Source of the DNA: Phoronis australis
Taxonomy: Eukaryota; Animalia; Phoronida
Assembly (NCBI GenBank): GCA_002633005.1
Contig: NMRA01000058.1
Coordinates: forward strand, 36,565 to 100,564
Length of the DNA stretch: 64,000 bases
Direction: 5' to 3'
This document shows, piece after piece, positions 1 to 13,500 of the stretch (positions within the stretch are counted from its first letter, which is position 1; every line of letters begins with the position of its first letter). Made by a program: the position numbers and the translations under genes. The notes under the pieces are model-generated. The model did not search any database. It was not told the DNA's origin and saw nothing but the letters and a program-made list of their open reading frames with translations.

Positions 1-559
1 TGAAAGGAAATCCTCATTTCCGAAAAGTTTTAAAGTTTTTGTAACCAAACTGAACTAATCTATCAGAAAGAGTCAGTGTTTCAGAAATTTATTGGTGTCA
101 CAATGATTGAAAGACCCCTTTAACAAGGAAAAAGATCAAGCTGATTAAGGAAACATTGAGTTAATGCTGAGCCTTGTACTTGTAGTACAAAACCAAGGAA
201 GTTGTCAGTACGGTTTAACAGTTCTCAAAGAAAGCGGTATGTGCTGCCTCCAGAATCCGTCATTAAAATGATGTGACAACAACACAAAGAAAAGGAAATA
301 TGAAAACTTTTCCAACTTTGAAACATTTACTGATAAGTACCTCAGTTGAAAAAACTACAAATTACGGATAAAAACCTGTTTGTTTTTAAGACATGCATGT
401 ATAAAAATACTTTTTTTGCATCAGGTCTGAGGCTGTCTCTAATTTTGCAACTTTGCAGAACTTTGCACTTACTTCGCCGTCCCAAACTCAAAGACACTGG
501 TGCCGGTTTTCACTAACCTGTAAGTGCTTTTTATCACCTTCCAAATCTATTTTCAGACG

Positions 560-1290
560 ATGAAAAACTGAAGTATGCGGAATTTTCGACATAAAAAACA
601 TTCACACCAAAATTTGTTATTAACATTCAATTTGTCGGTCAAGAAAAAACTATGCCTCAACAGTAGTGTCCACTTAGGTTGAGAAGTAGTTTCAATATAA
701 AAATGTTTCAGGTCTATCATGTTAACACCCACTTATTTGATGCTTTTAGTCGATATAGCTCCCCTAATTTCTCCTGGTTTTTTATTCCAAATAAATGTGG
801 GAAACAAATTGTTTAGTACTTTATTTAAAAAGGTTGGAGATGGGCTAGGTAGTGACGATAACAAATGGATAATTTGGGAAATAAAGTGTTTTATGACCAT
901 CAATTTACCAATTATAGTGAGTTTTCTTTTAGACCATGTCTTCATCATCTTTTTAATTTTCATGAGTTTTGAGTCAAAGTTATTTAACATGTCGTCTAAG
1001 TTAACATTAAAATTCAATCCCAACAGCCTAAACTTAGTAACTCACAAACACTACATTTTAATTTTCCACCCTTTATGATGATAGACCTCTTTAGAAAAGT
1101 TTTTAATACCAATCCAGATAACATTTGTTTTGGAATAATTTTTTTTCAAGCCAAAAATATCTGCTTAGAAACCCGATACCTTCATCATCTCTGCCAAGGA
1201 ACCCCGAGAACCGTATATAAATGTATCGTCCACACAATGAGTGATTTTATGCTCTTAACCCTTTTTATTTTTATTGTGTTTTACATTGCG
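560..1290 (-). mobile_element. Decayed L1/Tx1-clade LINE ORF2 fragment
   Basis: ORF 733-1023: WSKRKLTIIGKLMVIK, FIWNKK, typical of the post-RT region of Tx1/L1. Confidence 0.7.
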
Positions 1291-4200
1291 TAGCAGTTTT
1301 GTTCTCGGCAAGTGCTTTTCATTGTTTAGGGGAAGAGCATTTCCGAATGATATCTGAAGAACCAATTGATGGTTTTCTTTGATACTTGACACAGAGATGA
1401 GATTGTGCCAACAGCATTTGATTTTTGAGCAGATTGGAGAACTTCAGCTCCTCCTAGTGGCTATTGTGTGTGAGATTGGTTCAAAATGATATGTAGAGAA
1501 CCGAGTGAAGGATTTCAGTGAAAGTTGACAGAGGTTTGTGATGACAATTCGGCCACATTAATAAAATTTCGGGCGGATTTGACCACTGTATCACCTATTA
1601 GCCATTTTGTTTTCTACATGATCTTACCGTAATATCAAGTGTTGGGGAAAGAGTGTTTATGGGTGATATCTGCAGACCCAAATGATGGATTTCGTTGAGA
1701 CTTTTCATAGAGGCATGTATCATGAGATTGCTCCGGTAACACATCGTATGCGATGCACCGTGGGTGCATACAAATGCCCTAGTGTCGCTCTTGTAAAAAG
1801 AAAAAGTCATTTAATATAATAAGCTGTTGGATGTTATTTGAATATTACTGTGATTAATGATTGCGAAGTTGTTATGTAACCTAGCTGGAAAGTAATAAGA
1901 GATACGAGTGCCATGTCTCCATGCAGTATCCAATTTACGCCATTGTCTTTTTTGTAAAATGTGTGCATTAAACTGATCCTGTATTTCCTGAGTAATCAAA
2001 AAATGCCTGATTTGAAAACAAACCACACTTCTGTAGGACTCCATTGCCAATCGAGAAGAAGGGGAGAAGCAAGTTATCAACTCTAGTAATCTCTCAGATG
2101 TTTTAAAGAAACCTGTAAATATCAAGGTGAGCTCTCTTAATCTGTAGAATGTTGACAGGATGAAATTTCCTTAAAGTTCTGCTTCTTGCTTGAACATCAC
2201 TTAAAGAGACAGTGTTTTTTTTTTTCAGAAAAAACACATTTTTAGGATTGTTGGATGGGATGGATTTTGACTAGAAGAATAAAAGAAATTCTATTTTGCT
2301 TACAAATGGCCAATTCTTGTTGTTTGCCAGAAATTCGTTGAAATCTAGGCCAGTGACTTTCTCAGTTTTAAGTCTACTTTCTTTAAGGTAGACTTAAAAT
2401 ACTCTGCCATTTGACGAGTGGGTTTAACTCTGTCATCTGAGCATTTGACAATGAGTATACCGTGAAACAAATTTTTATCTCTAGGAGGAATGATGGATAC
2501 TTAACAGTGGTAGTGGCAATGCTACACAGTATTCATGGAACATGAGTAACAAAGAAATAAATTTAAAATTACATTTAGCTTAATTAAAACTCCATGATAA
2601 ATTTATAAGTTTATCGATTCGGCAAAATCTCACTAATTTAGGACACAGTATGCTGGACAAATGAAATTTTATTTAATTTGCTTCTCTATCTTTCATACTG
2701 TGTTGCTAATATAAAATACTTTATGGTCTTTTAAGTTCCACTCTGTAGCTACTGTATTGAAAAGTTTTGTGTGTTCACAGCTGTAACAATGTTGGAGAGC
2801 CTTAAAGGGTTAATTTTAGCAATTATTTTGTCTGAAATTTCAAGAAGAAGTATTACCATAATTATGTTGCTGTCGTGGTAAAGTAAGCTGACACTGTACT
2901 TACGACTAAATGTGAGACATTTCGACCGGCAACCTGTCGTCTTGATCACTCTCTGGGTGGCGTTGTCGTCGTCTGGACCAAGTATTAGTTTTGTGTTTAA
3001 GAGGTGGTTGTAAATCCAGGGGGCACCCTAGCAAGGATGCCAGGTGTATCCTTTGGAGGCTGACTGTCAATAGAAATTTTTCCTCATTGTAAGGGAAATT
3101 TCAGTTGATTACTAGGAGCCTAGTGGATCTAAGAGCCACATCTGATTGGTTGATTTGAGATATTTTAAGAGAGAAGACTTTCACAGTGCTGGCTCTTTCA
3201 ACTTGGAATAAATATACAGTGTTCAAAGTGGGTTCAAAGCATTGAGAACTATAGGCCTGTCCAGCATTAGCATGTTTAGTTGCCAAAGCTTATAGCATTG
3301 CAGTCTCTGCTCTCTAACTTTATGTAGGGGCACGTACCTTAGTGTAACTCCATATTGGTGTTTCAGAACAGTCTGTAATTTCCCGATTTCCATCTTTTGT
3401 TTAAAAAACATCAAGAGCGAAATAAAAGTGATTATTTTATTACAGGTGGCACAAAAATATGCCGATTTAAAGTTTTTGAGTTTGCACCCGTTTCATGCTT
3501 TTTCAGTGTGCATTTTAATGTTTTAATATGGAACAGTAGTGAGTGACACCTGTTGCCAAAATATAGACCACACATAATCTGTGCATTTTTCTTAAGTTGA
3601 CAACTGCAGCTTTGATGACTCGTACAGTCTATAACAGCTAGTTAATATGATAAACTTCATAACAGCAGTTTGACTTGAGATCACCAAAAACATAGTGCAG
3701 TCATAGTTCAACAAAGCTCTTATTTAGTATGCTACTTGGCTGCTTCCGTACATTTAAACATAAAAGTCTTGGTTCTTGTAGTTTTTTAGTAAAAAAGACT
3801 CACTTCAGTGCCAATGGGGCTGTTTTTGTAAACTCAAATGTAAAGGCCTTGGTCTATGCATTTTTTGTGAAAAACCTCACTACGTGTGTGGGGGGCATTG
3901 CTGGTGAACGGGGGTAAGGGGTGGGGGTAACATGTCGTTGGAATCATGGACCCCCCCAGAATATTGGGAACTTCATTTTGGACATCCTATTTTCTTAATC
4001 CTGGATGAAGCCTTGGTGGTCAAGACAGCGGGTCGCCAGTCGAGATATCTCACATATGATTTTCATTTTAGTCATATTATGTAATTTATGTATATGCAGT
4101 TTTATCTTACTTTACTATCGATAAGCTTTCGTCAGTGCTCGTTATTGTTTTTTTTTAGTTTGTGCTAAAAACCGATTCTTGATTATTATGGAACTTTTCA

Positions 4201-4322
4201 AATGACTTATTACAAGCTTATGATTGATGCAAATTTTTGCATTCAATGCTTCTCAGTCTGAGGAAGCTTCAGAGGACCAGACTGCAGATTTTCTGATTTT
4301 TTGTATTCTGCAATACTTCTAG

Positions 4323-4517
4323 TCTGAGGAGGATTCAGAGGACCAGACTGCAGATGTGTCTCAGTCACTAGAGGGTAGTTTTGTGCTTCCGCCCGACTGG
4401 AGTCTCAAAACCAAAGTTCGTTTCGTATCCAGTAAACCTTTTACATGGTGCCATCCTTTAAGAAGTACTGAGGTAGCAGCAGGGGTCACATCGATTGTGC
4501 GATGCAGCCAATGCCGG
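4323..4517 (+). CDS. DONSON: DONSON coding exon (SEEDSED...[13 protein letters not shown]...CSQCR)
   Basis: TTCTAG acceptor, GTACGT donor, phase 0/0, 65 open codons. Confidence 0.88.
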
Positions 4518-7500
4518 GTACGTTAATAATTTTAAAATGCTTGCCAAGGTTTTCCGTAGATAAGCCACACGATGTAATGCCCATGGGCGTTTATCCAGAA
4601 AATTATACCAAATAAATGCCAATGGGTGTCAAGTGTCCAGACGGTGGGACGTTTATTTGGAAATTTTCCTCTTAAAAGCCCATTCAGCATCAACTTTTTG
4701 TCACAAATTCAGTTTTGTGGAGCATTTATCATTTATAAAAACGCGTTGGCAAACCATGCTTTTATTAACAAAAAATTTTAAAATGCAGTTTTAAGTAAAA
4801 GAGTGTCAAGTCAAGCAAAACTATGGCTTTCCGTTTTCACGCCCCTTTCCGAATAAACACCCGGGCTTTTATTTGGTGTTGCTAAAACACCTGAAAGTTT
4901 TCATTTTCTGAATACATGCCCATGGGCTTATCTACGGAAATTCACTGTAATACATCAAGTACTACATTGTACTTTCAGATGTAAGGTGATTATACAACTG
5001 TTACATTTTAGGTTGCTAAGCCTCCTAAAGTGTAACAAGTTGTAACATTTTACATAATTGTTACATTTTACATGGAATGCACAAGTGAGAAATGTACCTT
5101 AGTTACATCTGGTATCTGAACAAGGGTGTGCACTGCTTTCCAAGAGGACCAGGGCTACTGCACCTCAGAGTGTACTGATGTTTGAAATAACAGCTTTTTA
5201 CCATGTGCAATAATTTATACTAATATTATGACATATGTTTACTTATGGCAAAAACTTTGCCCCCAAATCCATATTCCGGGATGTCATGTCTTTGTCTTGT
5301 CTGAGAAATCCTGGTACAGCAGCGTACTTGTGTAAATCTTCTTCGTGATGAAAAACGAAAAAATAAGCTGCAGCACTAATATTTGTCGAAAGTAAGCATG
5401 GAAAGGAGTCGATTGACATATAGTATCTTACATGAAGGTAAGTCAAATTCGTCCCAGAACAAAAAAACAACACTGTTGCTGTTAGCAGGTGTATAGCTGT
5501 GGTTAGGCATGTATTGTAGACGCAGTGACAATTGAGAAACTACTACATTTAGGTCGAGCCGACATTCCTGGAAAATCACAACTTTAAACTAAAATTTATC
5601 ATGAACAACTGCAAATTCAACTAGATGAAGAGATGCATCCTTGCAATTAATACAACCTTTTCATTCAGGCAAAAGCCTTGAATCTAGTATTGAATTGTCA
5701 TAGTATTCGGACTGAATCAACAACAATTTGTCAAGGTAGTGCTGGCGCGTTTTGTAGCAAAAATCCAGCTTGTATGGCTGGCATACTCGATTTATTTTGC
5801 ACAGTTTGATACACGTTGTTCCAGAGGTGCGTAGGCCTCGCATGTGGGCCCATTGCCACTAGAGTTTCACATGTTATTTGTGGTCTGATTCTTTACGAAG
5901 TTTTCTCAGTTGCATTATTGTATTCATCATTCTAGTGCCAACAAAATATTACTGTTGTGGTATCGGCTACAACTCCGACATGAGAGAGTTTGATAAACTG
6001 GACAAATATCCATGGATGCGTGATCTGAAATTCTTCGCCTTCCTGGCATCCGTGAGAGACGAAAATGTGCCTGCTTTCCAAAACTTGGTCATACGCTTTA
6101 TCTCCGGGACAAAGGAGAGTTCTATTGTCCTGTAATCCAGAACAGCCATATTCAAACAGCTTCACAGCCCATGCTCAATTTCGCTAATTTTATGTTGAGA
6201 GTCTAAGTACCAGAAATTGCCAGAATTCAATAATGTAGCAGACCCCATGGATTGATTAGCCTCTGTTGTATTCTTTCAGGATTTCTCAAACCTTGAAAAT
6301 GCCAAGATTGAATTCCACAGAACGTGTCACTACTGGGTATACCCAGACATTCCATGGCTGAAACTATTTCCGAGAATTGCACCAGACTACAGGATAGGGT
6401 TTGTAATAGCTATTTCTCGAAAACCACAAGACTTTCTGATTCTGGATTATTTGCCCACAATTTTGTGTGTCCCTACATTGATCAATGTAAAAATTAATTT
6501 ACCATTTGTCGTTATGATGCCCACAAATTTTTAGTATTGCTTTGTGTGTTACAATGAGGACATCAAAATAAGCTGGGTGAGGCAAAGTAAATCATTTTTC
6601 ACTTATGCTTTGAAGTAGTGGACCTAGCTTTCGAAAACTAGGTCCAGGATAGAATGCATTTTTCTTTCACAACAGAGGAGAGTTGAATACGGGATGTAGG
6701 ATTGTGTCTTAGTTCTTCAATTGTTTGTTCCTTTGAGTTTCCATCACTAAGTTTGTTAATTTATCTCAGTGGTTGTTAACTGTTTGGAGAATTGATTTCT
6801 CAAAACATTCCTTTTGTACGCCCTATTCATCAGGGTTGATGTTCAGGATGTTTAGATTGAAAATCTCAAAAGTTGAGGGAGCTAAGCCAATTATAGGCTT
6901 ATAAAAGTGATGTTTTAAAGGTGGCTCAGCGTTTAATTGGAACTGCCAGTTTTATATTTAAAATCAGGGAATGTTGCATATATGCATGTTTGAAGTAAGC
7001 ATTCGTAAGGATATGGTGCTTTAAGGAACCAAACCCCTTGGCTGTAAGGGTGGTATTATAACTGAGCATGGGCGTGTTAAAAATGAAAAATTTGGAAAAC
7101 CAGAGTTCAGGTGCTTTCCAGAGCATTGGATGTTTATCCCAACAAATACAGTAGTAGGCCAGCACATTACTAAGACAAAACCTGTTGAACTCGTGCTTGT
7201 TATTTAAGACCAACTTGGTTCTGGTCTTCATGCGCGCACCCTGGGGGGCTCGGGGGGCTCGAACGAGCCCCCATTTGGCAAAGTGGGCAAAAAGGACCAC
7301 CCCAGAGAAAGAAGTCCGAAAAAGTAGAAAACGAGCCAGAGGCAGGAACTAACAAAATTCAGTGAATGCACAATTCATAGCTCAGAATGTTCCCCAGTAT
7401 TTTTTTAGTAAATGGTCCACATTCTCAAAAATTGGAGCCCCCAATTTTAGGCTGGGTGCGCGCATGGTCTTTCACCTGATGCTTGTGCTGACTGGAAAAA

Positions 7501-10500
7501 AAGACTCTGGTTGTATCAATTTCAGTCAATTTTTTTGAAAAGCTGCACAAAGGCCTGTAAACAAGGTTTGAAATGCCACGATTTTTCAAGCAATTGGTAA
7601 AGGAAACAAATTCCGCATTGTTTTTGATGGTCCTATGTGGATTTGTTTTATTTTGAAGAAGTGGGTTACTAAAAAATTACTGTGCCACCGAATCGATTGT
7701 CTAAAAAATGGAGACCAGAACCAACTAGGCTAACAGTCCGTACCAGTGATCAAACATTTGATGGCACTCGGGTTCATAATGCATATAAAAAAATCCGTGA
7801 GAGATATAACAGAATAATAATTATAGTAAAACATAGCAGTGTATGCTTTACTGTCAAGTTGACTATAACAATGAAACAATCATCTAGCTTGTGAAATAAT
7901 TGCAGGTAATCTGTTACATGTTGTACTGGTCTGGTACACATACTAGACGGGCGTAGGCCACTCATACGAGACCATTGCATTGATCATGTGAAACAATTTT
8001 TGTTTTATTTAACTGAGCTTAGGAGCTAGAGATCTGACTCAAGAGTATAGTATAGTGACCCAGTGGTACTCGGACCGACTACTTTGAGTAAAGAAAGTAG
8101 ACACTAGGCCACAACGCCTCCTTGTCACCTAGCTTTCAATCACAATGAGTTAAAGCCTAGTGGATATTTTTGTCATGGGTATATTACTCGGACGTTTTTG
8201 TCATGGGTTGTTTCAACATTAACTTTTGGTACAACGATTTTCTATTCAGTGTGTCCTTTTGCAGGAAAATGACAGCTTTGAATACAGATGAAGATGTTAA
8301 AAAAAGTTTAATGCAGAGTTGGTGAGTTCCTCATTTTAAATTACTACTGTCTGAGCACTCAATATTTCACCTGTATTCATTTGAAGATGCCTTTTAACCT
8401 ATAAACCAAAATGCCTAGTTGTGGAATGAATTTCGTTCGTTTTTGCAGTCATGTTCAATGAAAAAAATGTAAGATGCAGGGATATATACCTAGGCCTCAA
8501 AACCTTGCTCGCCAGCTGGACGACTGAGCCAGAAAATCAAGTCGTCCAGCCCGAAGTTAAGTCGCCAGTTTCATGTCGGTCACAGCAGACAAACTGACTG
8601 TCCCAAATTGCAGAACTACCAGAATTAACCATGTCCGAGACTCTCTAAGGCAGGAAGCAAACTGGAGCAGACAGTGCACCCATCATCGTATGGAGAAATG
8701 AAAACCCTCCCATGAAGTCACTTTAGAAATGCCTGGAGGGACCGCCTACGTCTGGGGACTGAAGAAGACTATGTCTGCGAGCTTGATCAACAAGAACAAG
8801 TCACCATCTTCAGGCTAAGAGCTGGACACTGCTAGTTCATCTTCCACATGCATCGCCTGAAAATCTCGCACAGACGGGCACTGGCCCCCAGGCACCTGAG
8901 CATTTATTGCATAGCTGCCCTACGTTCATTATCCTAAGGCGTCAGACATGGCCCAGTCCAGTGGAACTCTCAAAGTAAATCTGTGGTACCCGACAGCGTC
9001 ATTGCAGCGAACCGCAGACTTTACCCAAAAAACCAGACTTATCATCTAAAGTACATGGCTGGAAAAGCAGAGCAAAAAGAAGAACCATGTCCAAACTTCT
9101 GGAATTAATTTGGTACGATACAAGCTACATATGATTCAACATGCCTTTTATACTCTTGACACGTCACCTGTCAGAAACATTGCCGAATTTGGTTCCGCGA
9201 TTAAAAACATTTGTGTTAACAGGTTGAGGTAAAGCAACGTTGGAGGAGCAGAACAAATTTAACAGTTCAGTACATCATTCTGTGATTGCCGTATCGATTG
9301 TTCCACTCACAGCAAACTATAAGTATTAAGCCCGTGATAAAACATTACGAAACAGCAGTGTTTTTACTAATTCTTAAACGATCAATTTACCAAACTTTGT
9401 GTCGGAAAAACGTATTTATTTTTCATGCAAGATATCCCTGACAATATTGCACCGCAGGACTGGTTTTTCCCTGGTGTTTGTACGCAATGTCTCAACAGAT
9501 AATCGCGACTTTGAAATGTCGTCAACTAACAGCCTATTTCAATGAGTGTCTCATTTTTTATGGCAAAAGACAGCTAAAAAAAATGAAAATGACAACCCTA
9601 GTAATCGCCAAACAACAGCTAAAAACGACTTGTCTTTTAGCAGAGTAGTTTCGAGTCGTGAAGAAATTAGCTGATCTTTTGTTTGTGTGGCTCAGCTCAT
9701 GCATATGTATGAGTAATCTGTCATTCCCAGTGTTGTAATGTGTACTCCACCAATTCACATGTGGGGACTTAGCGTGCACAACACTCTAAAGCCACACATC
9801 AAAAGAGTACTGGCTTGGCTGTGTTAAGCTCCCAGGTGTTTGTATGACAGTGAAGACCCCATTGCTTTACAATGTTCTCCTGACCTGATATTCTCCTGTT
9901 TCAGTGTTTCTCTGGCTCAATGATGTTTAGGTCCTAGATATGCTATGCCATTAGTCAGCTATAGTAGCTAAACTGGTAGGCGTGAAGTTGTGGTTAGCGA
10001 ACATTTTAGCTTCTCTTCCTACACCCACTCTCCACCATCGCCAATTTTCCACTCTTCACCACCACCACTTTTCCACTGTCTAGGTCATCAGTCGACCACG
10101 TCATTGATTTTTGAGACTCAGTTGAAAGCAAAATTATTGCAGGTGAAGTGGGCCTATTGGAAACAAAATTATTCCGGGTTAAGTGGGACTATTGGAAACA
10201 AAATTATTCGGTGTGTCTGAAAAGAGGCATGGAAAGGATATCCATCAATGCAGTCATGTGTTTAGGGGCGGAGTTTGCCTCACAGAATCGTATCAAAATA
10301 ATTTTCTACTGAACTCTTTCAATTGTTTATTACTGCAAACATCGAGGTTAAAGACCATGCTCACATGAGTTGGAATTCCAAAAGTTGGACAGCGAGGAAA
10401 AGGAAGTAGACTCATCTTTAATGATTTTGCTGACAATCATATGGCAGTTAAGTTCTAGAAAATTCGTTAGTATTTTTCCAAAGTTTTGCTCTTACATCAA

Positions 10501-13500
10501 ATTACATACTTAGCTACTCAAGTGAAGTTAGAAAGCGCTGATTCAACTTTCACGTTGGCAACTAAGTCACTCGCTGTAAGGCGGCCTACGAAGTCGCACA
10601 CCCATTCAAGTTTTTCACTAACTTTGTTACAACATAAAACATCACCGATATTTCAAGTACCAACTTCGTTCGTCGGTAAGCCCTGAGTGCTGTTGTTGCA
10701 AAAACATCTTGTACTCACCGTGACCTTTCATCTAGACAAAGTGCATAAAATTTAACATCCACTGGCTTGTTGAGTACACTGCATTGTTGTTATTTACTCG
10801 TGCAGCACTGAGACGTGAACTAACATAAACCTTAAGTTCAGGATAACAACACCACACGGAAGAGAAAATTTGTTTATTTGGACTCTACAAAAGTCTGGGG
10901 AACGACAGAGTGCAGCTGTGCTCTGACAATTCACTCACCACCTGGGCAACTGATTAGTGATCTACTCGCCTACCACCGTTTTTAGTCACATTGGTGACTG
11001 GGCGAGTACCTAAGTATGTTCCTGAGATGGTCTAAATAATTCACTTTGTCACAGTATTGTTTCGGTACATCTTCATAGTTTGGGTATTGTTTGACAAATT
11101 GCCATCTGTCAGTTTGGTTTTCATTAATGCTACTGTAATTAATAGTTACATTGGCCAGTTGTTTGTCTTTATACTCATGGTTTGGCTACATCCAGTTGTG
11201 ACTTTACAGGAGTGAGAGCTTCAAGTCATTATTCCATCTGCTACGCACTGGTTATTGCCCATACTTCTACGTGTGCACCCATCAGTTTACAGCCTTGTTC
11301 AGAGCCACTGGTATTGCAGGAAATCCACAGATACATGCTCTGCTCACCCCAACCACCAGAGGTTTCAGGGAAGGTCTTGGCAATGAAGGTAGTCTATAAG
11401 CTAAAAAGATATACACTCGTATTCAACTACTCTCAATCTATGGCTAATTATGTCCAAATGCCATTGTCTCTCATAAACAACAAAATAAGCTAGCTCCTCT
11501 TGTTGATGGTCCCTTCCTCGTTAACTGGAAGTCATTTTGCACTAGAGCTTTCCCTAATTTGAAATTTTCATTTTGGGGAGGCTGTTCGTGTATTGTTGAA
11601 CATCTAATTGTCACCGAGGTGGTCGTTGGCATGTAAATGTGACCTTTCATTAGAAGAAAGAAACATAGCTACAAATGTGATGTCATGAGTCACTGTTTAG
11701 TGAATGGTGCACCATAAATGTAAAACTAAAACGACGGGCGTCGGTACTAAAATATGTTAAAATATTCCCCACGTTTCGAACGATTTGCTCTTTGTCAAGG
11801 GTGTGCACACCCTTGACAAAGAGCGCATTGATTTAAATATGGGGGCTATTTTTATGCGCCCACATATTTATATGTGGACGCATTATGCCGTCATCTCCGT
11901 CCGCCCGTACGGGCGGCGTCCGTCCGGCGTCCGCTGCTCTATTTCCAAAACCCTTTGACATATGTTCATGAAATTTGGCACATATGTTCCATTCATGAAT
12001 GGGACGGCATCTGCGAACTTTCGGACAGATCCGACTACCGGTGTGCCCCCTAGTGGCAATTTTAGTTTTTTACGCTTACCTTTGTATCTTCAAAAGTCCT
12101 GAACGGATTTTCATGAAATTTGGTATGTAGACACCTATTAGTGAGATGAAGCTATTCTCCCGTTTTCAGATGGATTCGACGTAGTTTGCGCCACCTAGTG
12201 GCCATTTTTAGTGTTTTCGAGTCTGTTTTTGTGCGTCCACCCCTCTATCAACCAAACCGCTCAAAGGATGATTGTGAAAATTGGCACGTATATGCTTACT
12301 ATGTAGTGGACAATTGACGATGATTTTCCGATGATTTCGACTACTGTGGCGCCTCCTAGTGGCAGTTTTGTTTTTTTGCGCCTATGGCTGTATCTCCTAA
12401 ACCGTTCGCAGGATCTTTATGAAATTTAATAAGTGTAATTATATGAGGTTAACAACAGACGATGACGACTTTTGGACGGATCCGCCTACCAGTGTGCCCC
12501 CTAGTGGCAATTTTATTTTTTACGTTTACCTCTGTATCTTCACAAGTCCTAAACGGATTTTCATGAAATTTGGTATGCAGGCACCTATTAGTGCGATGAC
12601 GCTATTCTCCCGTTTTCGGATGGATTCGACCTAGTTTGTGACACCCAGTGGCCATTTTTACTGTTTTTGAGTCTGTTTTTTGGCGTCCACCCCTCTATCA
12701 ACCAAACCGCTCTAAGTATGATTGTGAAAATTGGCATGTATGTTNNNNNNNNNNNNNNNNNNNNNNNNNNNNNNNNNNNNNNNNNNNNNNNNNNNNNNNN
12801 NNNNNNNNNNNNNNNNNNNNNNNNNNNNNNNNNNNNNNNNNNNNNNNNNNNNNNNNNNNNNNNNNNNNNNNNNNNNNNNNNNNNNNNNNNNNNNNNNNNN
12901 NNNNNNNNNNNNNNNNNNNNNNNNNNNNNNNNNNNNNNNNNNNNNNNNNNNNNNNNNNNNNNNNNNNNNNNNNNNNNNNNNNNNNNNNNNNNNNNNNNNN
13001 NNNNNNNNNNNNNNNNNNNNNNNNNNNNNNNNNNNNNNNNNNNNNNNNNNNNNNNNNNNNNNNNNNNNNNNNNNNNNNNNNNNNNNNNNNNNNNNNNNNN
13101 NNNNNNNNNNNNNNNNNNNNNNNNNNNNNNNNNNNNNNNNNNNNNNNNNNNNNNNNNNNNNNNNNNNNNNNNNNNNNNNNNNNNNNNNNNNNNNNNNNNN
13201 NNNNNNNNNNNNNNNNNNNNNNNNNNNNNNNNNNNNNNNNNNNNNNNNNNNNNNNNNNNNNNNNNNNNNNNNNNNNNNNNNNNNNNNNNNNNNNNNNNNN
13301 NNNNNNNNNNNNNNNNNNNNNNNNNNNNNNNNNNNNNNNNNNNNNNNNNNNNNNNNNNNNNNNNNNNNNNNNNNNNNNNNNNNNNNNNNNNNNNNNNNNN
13401 NNNNNNNNNNNNNNNNNNNNNNNNNNNNNNNNNNNNNNNNNNNNNNNNNNNNNNNNNNNNNNNNNNNNNNNNNNNNNNNNNNNNNNNNNNNNNNNNNNNN

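Noticed and set aside
186-236. AG...GTATGT segment as an upstream DONSON exon
   Set aside because: The frame needed to join exon 4323 in phase 0 contains TAA; no DONSON similarity
1560-2200. Possible old LINE RT fragment on the minus strand
   Set aside because: Only faint motif traces; cannot be supported without a profile search
3046-3054. GTATCCTTT as another U12 donor
   Set aside because: No supportable upstream exon and no U12 branch before the 4323 acceptor; sits in repeat-like sequence
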